Shown one piece after another: positions 26,465-38,695 of a stretch of DNA of 64,000 nt (positions are counted from its first letter, which is position 1; each line of letters begins with the position of its first letter). The translations under genes and the position numbers were made by a program. This DNA comes from Camelus ferus (lineage: Eukaryota): NCBI RefSeq assembly GCF_009834535.1, contig NC_045697.1, positions 11,596,001 to 11,660,000 of the forward strand, written 5' to 3'. The notes under the pieces were generated by a model, which saw nothing but the letters and a program-made list of their open reading frames with translations, was not told the DNA's origin and searched no databases.

Positions 26465-27049
26465 ATCAGAGATATATGCAAAGATTTTGCTACAAAAATA
26501 TTCACCCCAGTATTGTTTATAATAGCAAAACTTGGCAAACAACTTGCCTTCATTATCTAACATCTTAGGGTAAAGAAATATCTGTATTTGTAGATACATT
26601 TGTGGACCTTCATCTTGAATGACTACAGAGTCTCCCATTGATTACTACATAATTAGGGTAATTAATATATGCAAGGATTTAAGAACGATGTTACAGAAGC
26701 CCTTTATTATGTTCAATTAGTTAAAAAGAGCACATTTTAAGCATCATAAATATTGTTTGATTTATTTTTATTTTCTGCTTGCTGAATCTCTCAGGAGTAC
26801 CTTCTCCAGCAGTTCCAACAAAATTCTTATAAATTTATTTGTTTTACTACCAATGAAATCACAAGGCATTTTTTTATTGTATCTAGACTGTCATTTAAAT
26901 GAGCTCATTTTGTGCCAAATTCTCTAATTTATGTCCCTGAGTAACCCACATATCAGATATCAAGGTACATTTCTCAAGATTGTAAAAAATATATATAAAC
27001 ATAATACCACGTAAAGTATACTAGTACACCTAAGAAAAATGTTAAGACT

Positions 27050-27436
27050 GTCAACTAGTTACATATTGCCGAATAACAAATTACTCCAAAATTTAGTGGT
27101 TTAATGTGACAAATACTTATTGTCTCACAATTTATGTGAGTCAGGAATCCAGCCATGGTTCAGCAGGGTCCTTTGGCTCTGATCTCCTACAGGGATACAA
27201 CCAAGGTATGGGCCAGTTCTGCAGTCTACTTAAAACTCAACTGGGAGACGATCCATTTTTAAGCTCATTCAGGTTGTTGTTGACAGGAATCGGAGGAGTC
27301 AGTTCCTCATTAATTGTTGAGCTAAGACCTCTCTTAGTCCTTGTTGACCTCTAGACAGCTGCTCACAGCATGGCAGCTGATTTCACCAGAGTGAGAAAGT
27401 GAGAAGGCATGAAATAGACAGAAGTCACAAACTTTT
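27050..27436 (-). mobile_element. MaLR MLT1F-like LTR fragment
   Basis: ataacaaattactccaaaatttagtggttt...tgagtcaggaatccagccatgg...gctcacagcatggcagctgattt. Confidence 0.75.
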
Positions 27437-27437
27437 A

Positions 27438-30400
27438 GGTGGTTGCCATATTTAGCAAATAAAAATACATGATACCCAAAGTAGTGCTAAGAGGAAAATA
27501 TATAGCTGTAAGTGTGTATTTTAAAATAAAAGAAAGATTTCAACTAGAAATAAAAAGAACTAACTAAACCCAAAGCTAGCAGAAGAAGGAAAAATAGATT
27601 AGAGCAGAAACCAGTGGAGTAGAAAATAGAAAAATAATAAAGAATATCTGCAAAACCAATTGTTGTTTCTTTCAAAAGGTTAACAAAATTGACAAAGCTT
27701 TAGCTAGATTAACTAATTAAAAAGGAGGAAAAGATTCAAAGATTCAAAATAGAAATGAAAGAGGGAAACTTTCAACCAAGTCTACGAAACTAAAAAGGAT
27801 TATAAAAGTATGCCATGAAAAATTGTACAACAACAATTTTGGTAACCTAATGAAATAGACAAAGTCTTACACACACACAACCTACAAGACTGAATCATGA
27901 AGAAACAGAAAATATGAACAGATGTATAACTGTAAGGAGATTAAATTAGTAACTAAATACCTTCCAACAAAGAAAAGCCCAGGACCATATGGCTTCACTG
28001 GTAAATTCTACCAAACATTTAAAAAAGAATTAACACCAAATCTCCTCAAAGTCTTCCCAGAAATTGAAGGGGAGGAAGTGTTTCCAAATTTACTCTTTGA
28101 GGCCAGCATTATCCTAATGCTAAAGCCAAAGATACTACAAGGAAAAAAAAAACATATAGGCCAATATCCCTGATGAATATTAATGCAAAATTACTCAACA
28201 AAACAGTAGTAAATAGTATTCAACAGCACTTTAAAATGATTTTACACCATGATTAAATGGAATTTACTCCTGGAATGCAAAGATGGTTCAATGTATAAGA
28301 ATCAATCAATGTAATATATCACATTAACAGAATAAGGGTGGGGGAAAAACATATAATCATCTCAATTGATGCAACACCTTTCCCCAATTAAAAAAAAAAT
28401 TCAACAAACTAGGAATAGAAAGAAACTACTTCAAAGACCATTTATGAAAAATCCACAGGTAACATCATACTCAAAGGTAAAAAAGATTTCCCTAAAAATC
28501 AGGAACAAGATAAAGAAGGCTGTTTTGCCACTTCTATTCAACATACTATCAGAAGTCCTAGCCAGAGCTATTAGGCAAGAAAGGGAATAAAAATCATCCA
28601 GATTGGAAAAGAAGAAGTAAAATAATCTCTGCAGATGCCATAATCTTTTATGTAGAAATCCCTAAAGATTTCACCAAAAAAACTTATGGATACAAAATCA
28701 ACATACAAAAATCAGTTATGTTTCTATCCATTAACAATGAACAATTTGGAGAGAAAATTAAGAAAACAATTGTATTCACAATAGCAGCAAAAAGGATAAA
28801 GTTCCTAGGATTAAAATTAACCAAGGAGGTGAAAGACTTGTATGCTAAAAATTGCAAAACATAGCTGAAAGAATTTTAAAAGACATAACTAAATGGAAAG
28901 ATATCCACATTCCTGGATTGAAAGACTTGATATTGTTAAGATGTCACTACTACACAAAACTATCTATAAATTTAACACAATGTGTATTAACTCCCAGTGA
29001 CATTTTTTGCAGAAATAGAAAAATTTTCCAAAAATAAAAAATTTCATGCTAAAATCTTCGAGTCTCAAGAGACTAGCCAAACAATCTAAGAGAGCAAAGT
29101 TGGCGTTCTCACATTTCCTAATTTTAAATTTTATTACAAAACTATAGTAATCAGAACAGTGTTGTATTAGCATAAAGGCAGGCATATAAACCAATTGAAT
29201 AGAATAGAGAGCTCAGAAATAAAGCCTCGTGTATATAATCAGATAATCTTTAACAAGGATGCCAAGATCACTCAATGGGAAAAGGACAGTCTTTTCAACA
29301 AATGGTGTTGAGAAAGCTGGATATCCACATGGGAAAGAATTAAATTGGACTCTTAATGTTATGCCACATACAAAAAATTAACTCAAAATGGATCAAGGAT
29401 CTAAATGTATGAGCTAAAGTACAAAACTCTTAGAAGAAAATATAGGGGAAAACTGCATGACATTAGACTTTGCAAGGATTTCTTGGAAATGACACTGAAG
29501 GCACAGGCAATGAAAGTAAAAACAGATCAACTGTACTATATTAGAATTCAAAAATTCTGCACATCAAAGGACACAATCAACAGGGTGAAAAGGCAACCTC
29601 CATAATTAGAGAAAACATTTATAAATCATTTATCTTATCAGGGTTTAATACCCAGGATATAAAGAACTCCTAAAACAATAATAAAAATACAAATAACCCA
29701 ATTCATAAATGAGCAAAAGACTTCAATAGACATTTCTTCAAAGAGGATATACAGATGGCCAACAAGCATATAAAAAGATACTCAACATCACTAATCACTG
29801 CGGAATGCTAATTAATACCACAGTGAGACATCACCTTATGCCTATTAAGATGACCACTAGAAAAAAAGTGTTGGTGAGGATGTGGAGAAATCGAAACTCT
29901 TGGGAATTGTAGGAATGTAAAATGATAAGATCAAAACAGTATGGAGTCTCCTCAAAAAAATAAAAATAGAATCACTACATGATCCAGGAATCCCACTTCT
30001 TAGTGTATGTGTTGAAGAATTGAAAGTAAGGTCATGAAGTGATATTTGCACACCCAAGTTCATAGCAGCTCTTTACAATAGCTTCAGAAGTGAGAGCAAC
30101 TCAAATGTCCATCAGTGAATAACTGAATATACAAAACGTGCTACATACCTACAACAAAATACTATCCAGCCTTAGAAAGGAAGGAAGTTCTGGTATGTGC
30201 AACTATACAGACAAACCTTAAGAATATTACACCAAGTGAAAAAAGCAGTCACAGAAAAACAAATACTTTATGATTCTACTTAAATGAGACATCTAGTGTA
30301 GTGAAATTCATAGAAACAGAAAAAATGGTGGTTGCCAGAGGCTAGGGGGAGGAGGAAATGGAAAATTTTTGTTTAATGAGTATAGAGGTTCAGTTTTGCA

Positions 30401-30672
30401 ATATGAAGAAATTTGCAGATTGGTTGCAAGATAATGTGAATATACTTAACACTACTGAATTGTACATCTAAAAATGTTTAAGAGGGTAAATTTTATGTTA
30501 TGCATTTTTCTACCAAAATTAAAACTAAATACTAAAAAATAGGTCATCCAATTAAAGTTAAACTTCAGATAAATACTGTCAGTAGTTTTTAGCATGAATG
30601 TGTCCCAAATCTTGTATGGAATATATTTATACTAAAAAATTATTTATTATTATCAGAAATACAAATTTAACT
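27438..30672. mobile_element. MER53 palindromic hAT MITE split by a 3-kb L1 (parts 27438-27480 and ~30535-30672)
   Basis: ggttgccatatttagcaaataaaaatac on the left; cttcagataaa...tttttagcatgaatgtgtcccaaat...tatactaaaaaatta...aaatttaact on the right. Confidence 0.8.
27481..30534 (+). mobile_element. L1MB/MA10-like element: ORF2 (post-EN through RT and C-terminus) plus 3' UTR
   Basis: KKSPGPYGFTGKFYQTFKKELTP (27922 ORF), LPLLFNILSEVLARAIRQE (28366 ORF), FCTSKDTINRVKRQP (29405 ORF); many stops and frameshifts; L1MB-type 3' UTR. Confidence 0.93.
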
Positions 30673-31114
30673 CTTCTATAAAACACACAAAATTGCATAA
30701 AATACCATTTTCATGTATAATAAGGAACTAATTATTAGTAAATAGAGTTAAGGGTTACAAAAACTGATTTTTTATAAACTAGAAAAGGCAACAATTTTAA
30801 TTTACTGAAAACTTGAATCTATTATTCTACCCTGCCATCTGGGTACAAAATTTAAAAGTTTTTATAGGGAAAGAAGTTATATATCAGAGAAAGAACGTAC
30901 ATAAATAACTGAAATTTCTGTAATTTGAAAGAACCAACTGTCTTCATCCAGGAGGTATCAGTATTGTTTTAAATTAGTTATGACTTTCAGTTGCTGCTCT
31001 CATTAACTGTTAAAATGTAAATCACTGTAAATTTAAGAATTATAATACAGTATGTGAGGACTCTTGTAAGTCCCAGATTATGTAGCAATATACATATCTG
31101 GCAAAAATACTCTA

Positions 31115-32450
31115 GAATGAGTTGGGAGTGAGGAATTAGATGAAGGTGGTCAAAAGGTACAAACTTTCAGTTATGAGTAAGTCCAGGAGATGTAATGTAT
31201 CATGTGATAACTGTAGTTAACATTTCTGTACAGCATATTTGCAGGTTATTGAGAGAGGAAAAATTTTTATGTTTCCTTTTTTTCTTTTTTTTTTTAGTAT
31301 CTAAATGAGATGATGAATGTTAACCAAACATTGTGGTAATCATTTCACAATATATGCAAGTCAAGTCATTATGCTCTATGCCTTTATATATATATTTTAT
31401 TGAAGTATAGTCAGTTTGCAATGTTGTGTCAATTTCTGGTGTACAGCATAATGCTTCAGTCATACATGAATATACATATATTTGTTTTCGTATTCTTTTT
31501 CACCATAAGTTACTACATGATATTGAATATAGTTCCCTGTGCTATACAGTATGAATTTGTTGTTTATCTATTTTATATATATTAGTTAGTATCTGCAGAT
31601 CTCAAACTCCCAGTTTATCCCTTCCCACCCCCTTCCCCCCTGGTAACCATAAATTTGTTTTCTGTATCTGAGTCTGTTTCTGTTTTGTAAGTAAATTTGT
31701 TTGTCTTTTTAAATTTTGTTTAGATTCCACACATAAGTGACATCGTATGGTATTTTTCTTTCTCTTTCTGGCTTACTTCACTTAGCATGATGATCTCCAG
31801 GTCCATCCAGGTTGTTTCAAATGGTATTATTTTATTCTTTTTTATGGCCGAATAGTATTCCATTGCATAAATATACCAAACTTCTTTATCCAGTCATCTG
31901 TTGATGGACATTTAAGTTGTTTACATGTCTTGGCTATTGTAAATAGTGCTGCTATGAACACTGGGGTGCATGTATCTTTTCAAATTAAGGTTCCCTCTGG
32001 ATATATGCCCAGAATTGGTATTGCTGGATCATATGGTAAGTCTATTTTTAGTCTTTTGAGGAATCTCCATATTGTTTTCCATACGGCAGCACCAAACTAC
32101 ATTCCCACAACAGTGTAGGAGGGTTCCCTTTCCTCCACAGCCTCTCCAGCATTTATTGTTTGTGGACTTTGAATGATGGCCATTCTGACTGGTGTGAGAT
32201 GGATAACTCACTGCAGTTTTGGTTTGCATTTCTCTAATAATTAGTAGTATTGAGCATTGCTTCATGTGCTCATTGGCTATTTGTATGTCTTCATTGGAGA
32301 ACTGCTTGTTTAGGTCCTCTGCCCATTGGGTTGTTTGTTTTTTTCCTTATTAAGTTGTATGAGCTGTTTATGCTCTATGCCTTAAACTTATACAGTGCTA
32401 TATGTCAACTGCATAAATAAAACTAAAGTTTATCTCAATAAAACTGAAAT
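31115..32450 (+). mobile_element. L1MA9-like 3' UTR split by a younger antisense L1
   Basis: gatgaaggtggtcaaaaggtacaaactttcagttat...gtcattatgctctatgcctt|aaacttatacagtgctatatgtcaa. Confidence 0.8.
31385..32367 (-). mobile_element. Young lineage-specific 5'-truncated L1
   Basis: ORF2 end (KCWRGCGGKGTLLHC) and 3' UTR; perfect 16-bp TSD ttatgctctatgcctt at 31369-31384 and 32368-32383. Confidence 0.95.
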
Positions 32451-33253
32451 TACAAACAAAAGAATATTCTAGGACTCTACTTTCCAAGAGCTATGTGTTG
32501 CATATAGTAAATGCTCAAATATTTATTGATGTTGAATAAATATACTAAGTGTGTTATGAATATTGTCACATTCAATTAAAGACCATCTGTAAATAAGCAA
32601 GCTAAGGTTTAGAAGGGTCAGGCTATTTGGCCATGGTTACATGCCTACTAAGTCTCAGAGTTAGGACTAGAGCTCAGAAGTCTCTGATGCCAGAAACCCA
32701 GCTGTCTCTTCACCATACACCACATGTACTTATGAGAACAAATGCTAAAACCAGTGGCTACGTACTACACACACCTTTCTTTTGGAATTTATTCTTGGAG
32801 TGGAATCTCTGTATTGGTATAGATTTATTTTTTTTATTGGAAAGTAGGATTAAATATAATAGGAGGGTTTCTTAGCCTCCCTAATTAGACTATGATGAAA
32901 AGTGCTTGAGAACCAAATATTTAGAGACCCAAGTACCTTTGTGTATCTTGAGATCATTTTGCTATATATGCCAAATATTTGTTATGTGTCGGCACTCTGC
33001 TGAGAAAGACATCCAGAAAAAATGACCTTTGACTGGAGTGACCATATATCTGGGTTTCCAAGGGCAGTCTGTTTTAAACTTGCTGCCCCCAAGTGGTTAT
33101 TTATAGTGCCTCTCATTTCATCGTCTCAAAAAGTTCTGGCCTGGATGATATATTATACGGTCACTTTACCTGTAGTAGGACTTCAAGAGGCTTTCAAAAT
33201 CATTTGGTAAAAGAAGATTAACATTAGAAAAAATTCACTAATTCCTCTTTGTC

Positions 33254-33380
33254 TATGGTGGCAGCCTCCCTAATGTCTCCAAATGATCTCTGTCTGCTGG
33301 TACCCATGTCCTTGTGTATCCCCTCTCTTAGAGTGTGGACTAGACCTGGCAATTTGATTCTAAAGAACGGAATGCAGCTT
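33254..33380 (+). mobile_element. MLT1F-like LTR 5' fragment
   Basis: tatggtggcagcctccctaatgtctccaaatgatctc...gagtgtggactagacctggcaa. Confidence 0.6.
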
Positions 33381-33529
33381 AAGTTATAACAATATAAGAA
33401 AATATGATTTTAAAAAAATCTGTTTGCAGCCTTTTAGGACAATCATTCCACCTCACCATAGAAATATGAATATGCATAATATAATAGTGATTATAAATAA
33501 TCCCCAGGTTTATGTGGGATCACAGTAAT

Positions 33530-34005
33530 CATGCAGTTTGGGACATACAACAAATGACCAAAAACTTAGTGGCTTGAAACACTGTGAACTGATTGCCTTC
33601 CAGGTCTAGAGGTCAGAAGTCTGGCACTGGGCTGCAGTTGAGACACTGGCAGGGCTACATTTCCTTTCTCAAGGCTCTAAGGGATAATCCATTTCCATTG
33701 CAATTGCCAGCTTCTAAAGTCCACCTGCATCCCTTGGCTTCTGGCCCCTTCCTCACCATCAGAGTCCTTTCCTCATTGCATCACTCTGACCTCCTCTTCT
33801 GCATCTTTCTTCCACTTTTAAGGACCTATTTACCTTGGGTCCCCCAGACAATACAGGATAATCTGTATTTTAAGGTCAGCCAATTATCAAATTTAATTCC
33901 CATCCAACACTTTAATTCTTCCTTTGTCCTGTAATATGACAAATTTACAGGTTCTGGGGACGATGACTTGACCATTTGGAAGGGGTCATTATTCTGCCTA
34001 CCACA
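33530..34005 (-). mobile_element. MLT1C/D-like LTR
   Basis: aaaacttagtggcttgaaacac...gaggtcagaagtc...attattctgcctaccaca; reverse start tgtggtaggcagaataatg. Confidence 0.85.
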
Positions 34006-34006
34006 A

Positions 34007-34240
34007 CTGTGTTTTCCAAAGTATGTTTTGGAGAACACCAGTTTAGTGAGATGGAATGAGAAAAGAGTTCCATGGGAAAATATATTTGGAAAATGCTGCA
34101 TCCCACAACTCAGTCTTGGAACTTCACAAGAAAGTTTTGCCATGAAGAAACCTGGCCAACTAACTGGAAGATACAACCCATTTTTTCTCAAAGCAGCTGG
34201 TAACATTCAAGTGTTCCACAGAAGATCATGTCCTGGGACA
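34007..34240. mobile_element. hAT-Charlie-type MITE (subfamily unassigned)
   Basis: ctgtgttttccaaagtatgttttggagaacaccagt...gttccatgggaaaatatatttggaaaatgctgcat. Confidence 0.55.
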
Positions 34241-34414
34241 CTGTAGAGCTTCTGTATTCTGGCCTCTGTTTGCCATTATTTCACTGTGCGATCCTGAACC
34301 AGCCCTGCAACCCCCTCTACTAAGTGAGGGGAGTATGTGACTCAGATGCCATCTGCCCCACTATTTTGTTTCCTAGGATGACAAAAAAAGTTCCTTCCAA
34401 ACCTGAGATTCTAT

Positions 34415-34700
34415 GAATCACTTCAGCAAATATTTAACACGCATTACTCTGCAGGTAGGAACTGAGTTCAGTTTGGGGAATAAAATGATAGTAAAATGAG
34501 GTCCTCCTCTCCAGGAGATGATTCTCCAGTGAGGGACAAGCATGAAACAAAACCCTATTAACGTACACGACAAGTGCCCTAACAGAGTTAAATACAGAGT
34601 GCAGAAGCTTTGTGGAAGATGGGTGGCCAGCTCCCCTGGAGAAGGTGGGCCAAGATGGAATTTGTATTTTAAAGGGTGGCAGGAGCTCACCTGAGAGGAA
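34415..34700 (-). mobile_element. L2 3' end
   Basis: ttcagcaaatatttaacacgcattactctgcagg...ggtcctcctctccaggagatgattctccagtg. Confidence 0.6.
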
Positions 34701-36379
34701 AAGAAAGTGTGAGAGAATCTAAATGAGAGAGATCTTATGCTAATTTAGAAACTATACTTGCAATGTGCTTTCAGTGGACTCCATTGTATCATTCAAGCCA
34801 AAGGATGGGACCTGGATTCAGATCCACAAGAAATTCTCCTTTCCCCTCATTAATATTCACCAGACAATTTCTGCCTGAATGTCCCACAGAGAGCACAACT
34901 TCCCAGCATCATCAGGGCCCTTTGGGAAACAGATATAAACAATTGTCCCATTCCAGGAACACCCTAGCCTTTCTCTGGGACTAAGAAAATAACAGATGTG
35001 ATTTATTCGGGCTACAGAATTTGCACCAAATTATAGACCTTGCTTTCCCCGTCCTAAGGGGCTTTTCATGTTTATTTTCAGGGAAGGTGTATTATGCTTT
35101 TGCTCTGAGCCTTTTGTCAACAGCGTGACCAAGAGAGCATGAGTGTTTCTAAATTAGCTTTGCCTCTTGCATGACTAGAAGAGAAAGTCATGCAGGTTGG
35201 ATATCTGTGCATTAACAAGAATGCAGGGGTACATTTATCGCTTTAATTTGGACCCTTTTTTTTTTTGCCACCTAGTTTCATTTACAGCTGTGGGATTTTC
35301 ATGGACTGCTACCCAGATTTAGCTGTTATTGCCATTGTTTCTAAGAACAGTGGGAAAGAATCAAAAGGGCAATAAGGAACTGTGTTCTTATGTAGAAAAC
35401 TCAGCCAAATAAATAAATACGAACATAATAATGATAACACTTACTCAAAGAGCTAGACTTCGAAAGCAGACCTGGTATATCTCCAAGGAGATGGGGACAA
35501 AAGCAAAACATGAGGGAGATAATGATTGCTACACTGATGCTTTGTGCCAAGTATCGTGTTAGACAGTTTCCTTACTTTATTTAATCCCAAGGCAGTTCTT
35601 TGCCTTTGGCCAAACTCCTGTAAATCTATCCCTAGCAAGAGCATCACACAAGTCTGTAAATGCAAATAGGCTCAAGCCAATTTTAATACTTATCATTTAA
35701 ACCATGCAGGCCCTTCTGCGTCCTTTCTATGGGATCTTTAGGATGCTGGAGTGTTTCCTCTAAGCCCACAGCATCCTTCTCAAGCTCTAGGCACTCCATG
35801 AAAACCCTTGAAGTTGGCACATCATCTCAGGCCCCCTCTACTGGCTAAAACTGGTATTCCTGCCAAGCATATTACCCTGTGGGACTCTCCAAATTATCAG
35901 CTCTTAAATTGTCACAATAGGCCTTGTTTTCTGCTGTCCTCACTACGCCATGGCCATGCTGAGCTCCATGCAGAATTGCGGAGAAGGTCCCTGGTGGTCC
36001 ACTCACCAGGCATCTCACGTTGACTCTGGGCCCCAAAGATGAACCTTCAGGGCTGTGATGAAAACATCTCCTCAGCTTCTGGCCATCATCACTTCCAGTT
36101 TAGACACAGCAGCCTTGAAGCTGAGCTTAAAGACCATCCTCTAAAACAAGCTTCGTATTTCCCTTTCCACATGCAGGCACTTGCAAAAACCTCTGCTCTG
36201 TTCTCCTCGGATCAAAATCCCTCATGCCAAGTGATTCCTAGCAGGACAGACCCATGAATTCATCTCTGAATGCCAACTTTTGCTTACATGGGATGCCAGC
36301 AATAGAAAGTGAAGTGAGACACCTAAGCTTTAGAAACATTAATAAATTGACCCAGCTGGTAAAGGTTGGAGTTGAAATT

Positions 36380-36615
36380 GATGTGAAAATTGTGTGTCTT
36401 TATATAGGAAAACAGTCTTTACTTTTTAGAAATGAATGCTGAAGTACTTATGGCTGAAATGACATTATGTCTGTAATTTGCTTTAAATTTCAAGACAAAG
36501 ATGTACAATCAACATGGAAAAATATAAACAATACTTAAATCTACAGGCTAGGTATATGAGAGTTCATTGTATTCTTCTCTCTACTGTTTGACATTTGTTC
36601 TAATTATTTTTAAAA
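36380..36615 (+). mobile_element. L1MC-like 3' UTR fragment
   Basis: tgctgaagtacttatggctgaaatgacattatgtctgtaatttgctttaaa...gttcattgtattcttctctctact. Confidence 0.6.
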
Positions 36616-37139
36616 ATATGAGTGCTCAGCATGGCTTTAGGTTCTGGAAAAGAGGGACACTCCCCTTCCTTGGCTGCTTTAAAAACCTAATGTCACCAAC
36701 AGGGAATCCTGGGACATTACTGCTATGAGAGCTTCCAGCATTGTCAAGCCCACGTTTTGCTAAGTTGACAAGGAGAAATGGAACCCCAGAGAGGCAAAAC
36801 AACTTTTGCCAAATCACACAGCTCTTAGGTGGGTGATCTAGGAGCAGAAATCAGATTTCCTGAATGAACTTCCAGCCCCTTTCCACTGTAACCAGCACTC
36901 AACAGCCTTGCAGCCTCTGAGCTCTTAGACAAAGACAGAAGCAGAGTCAGATCTGTAGAAGCTTTGCCCTCAGCCCCACTTAGACTGGCTGGTTCAAGGC
37001 GGAGTTGGGTGGGGCGCAGGCATTTGCCAAGATAGTGCGTGACCGCACAAAAGGAAACACAGCATGTGAGAGCATACACTTAAATGAGGAAGAGGACCTT
37101 TGAAAGTCCCTGTTGGATTTCTTCCTCCTAATGACAGAG

Positions 37140-37320
37140 TGAAAAGAGGCAGGCTTTGGGGTCGAACTGAGCATTCAGCCCCCTTTCTATGAGAGTCACT
37201 TGATTTCCCTGATTGTCAGTTTCTTTGTACATAAAATGGAAATAGTAATATAAAGGGGGACCTCGGAAAAAGGAACTGACATCAGAAACGATAGCACGTA
37301 GTAGATGTTAAATAAATCCT
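37140..37320 (+). mobile_element. MIR
   Basis: caggctttggggtcgaactg...gtcacttgatttccctgattgtcagtttctttgtacataaaatggaaatagtaata. Confidence 0.65.
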
Positions 37321-38384
37321 ATTTCTGTCCCTTTGCCTTTCCCTTATCCCAATGATGAGGTCCACTTAAAATGAAAAGAAGACCTTGAGCGTGGCATTGT
37401 GTATCTTATCTATCGGCAGACATTTAATAACTTCTGCTCTCCTGCTGTGCACATTTTCTCACATTTTCTCTGCCTAGAGAAGCATTTGGTTATCAAAATA
37501 TGCACCTCATATTAGCTCAGGAAACCAGAAAAAAAGGGGGCCAAAAAGATCTTCATTCTGTTGCTGCAATAAAGGTTTCCTTCTCTAGTGATAATCAACT
37601 CTGCATAATTAAAATCGCTCAGACTGCTGAACTAATTTTCAGACTGGAGGTTTCCTCCTGTAGCAACACTTACAAGCAAAGTTTCTACTGTGAATGAATT
37701 TAATCGTGAGTCTAATTACAATTTTAATGAATATCTCCAGCCCTGCATGTAAACTTGCTCTCTGAGGCTTTGCTATCTGTTAGGGTATTTTAAGGTCTTT
37801 TCATTTTTAATATAAAAGAATGTGTTGGCACAACGAACGTGCAGTAAAGAAATGTTCTTTCTGATTTAGTATGGTTTTGTTTTGATGATCAAGTGAGAAA
37901 ATGTAAGATGTCTGATATTTTAAAGAGCCTTTTCCATTCGAGCTTTTCACCTTTAGTTTTCATGTGAAGTATCCTTTTTTTTCTTAAGGATGGAGAGCGC
38001 ACGCAACACCACCTGCATCCCATTTGCAATTTGGCTTGATTATCTCATTTCACGAATGTCCAGAAAATCAGAATTCCAATTTGCCTTAGCACTCAATGTA
38101 TTTTGGAAACACGAGGACATTTTATAAAGAGTTAGAAAAGAGGGAATGTGAATGTTCCTTAAAAATATATTGAAAAAGAAAGACAAACACAAAATTAAAA
38201 ACAGTCACACTGAGTCACTCAAGTAATCAAAAAAGCCTTTCTAAGAAAAAACAAATAAACAAACAAAACTCTACTTCATTTAAGTCAGCATTTTTTAATA
38301 ATAAATAAAAACTGGAAACCACCTAATATCCAAAAATAGATAAATGGTGAAATAATCGTCATGTGACACAATGTCTTTTCTCTC

Positions 38385-38695
38385 TTTTGATTTTCATTTT
38401 TATTACAGAAATAATACATGTTCATTTAAAAAAAATCAAATACAGGTAATTAAAAAGATTTTTTAAAATACATCACCTGTGATCTCACAACCTAGAATTA
38501 GGTATTTTTAAAACTGATGTATCCTCTTCCAGATTTTTACATATGTGTATATATTCTTTATATACACATAATACACACATATATATATGCCTGCACATAT
38601 ATACTATACAAAAATGGGTTCATATTGCATTTACTGCTCTGTAATCTGCTTTTATCATTTAATAACATGTTGTAAACAACTTTCCATGTTAATGT
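38385..38695 (-). mobile_element. L1ME 3' end
   Basis: tattacagaaataatacatgttcatt...ctctgtaatctgcttttatcatttaataacatgttgtaaacaactttccatgt. Confidence 0.6.

Noticed and set aside
35166..35196. Hairpin cttgcatgact-N9-agtcatgcagg
   Set aside because: A 9-bp perfect stem with a short loop is expected roughly a couple of times by chance in 64 kb
37882..37915. C/D box snoRNA (TGATGA...CTGA)
   Set aside because: Boxes only ~30 nt apart and no terminal stem
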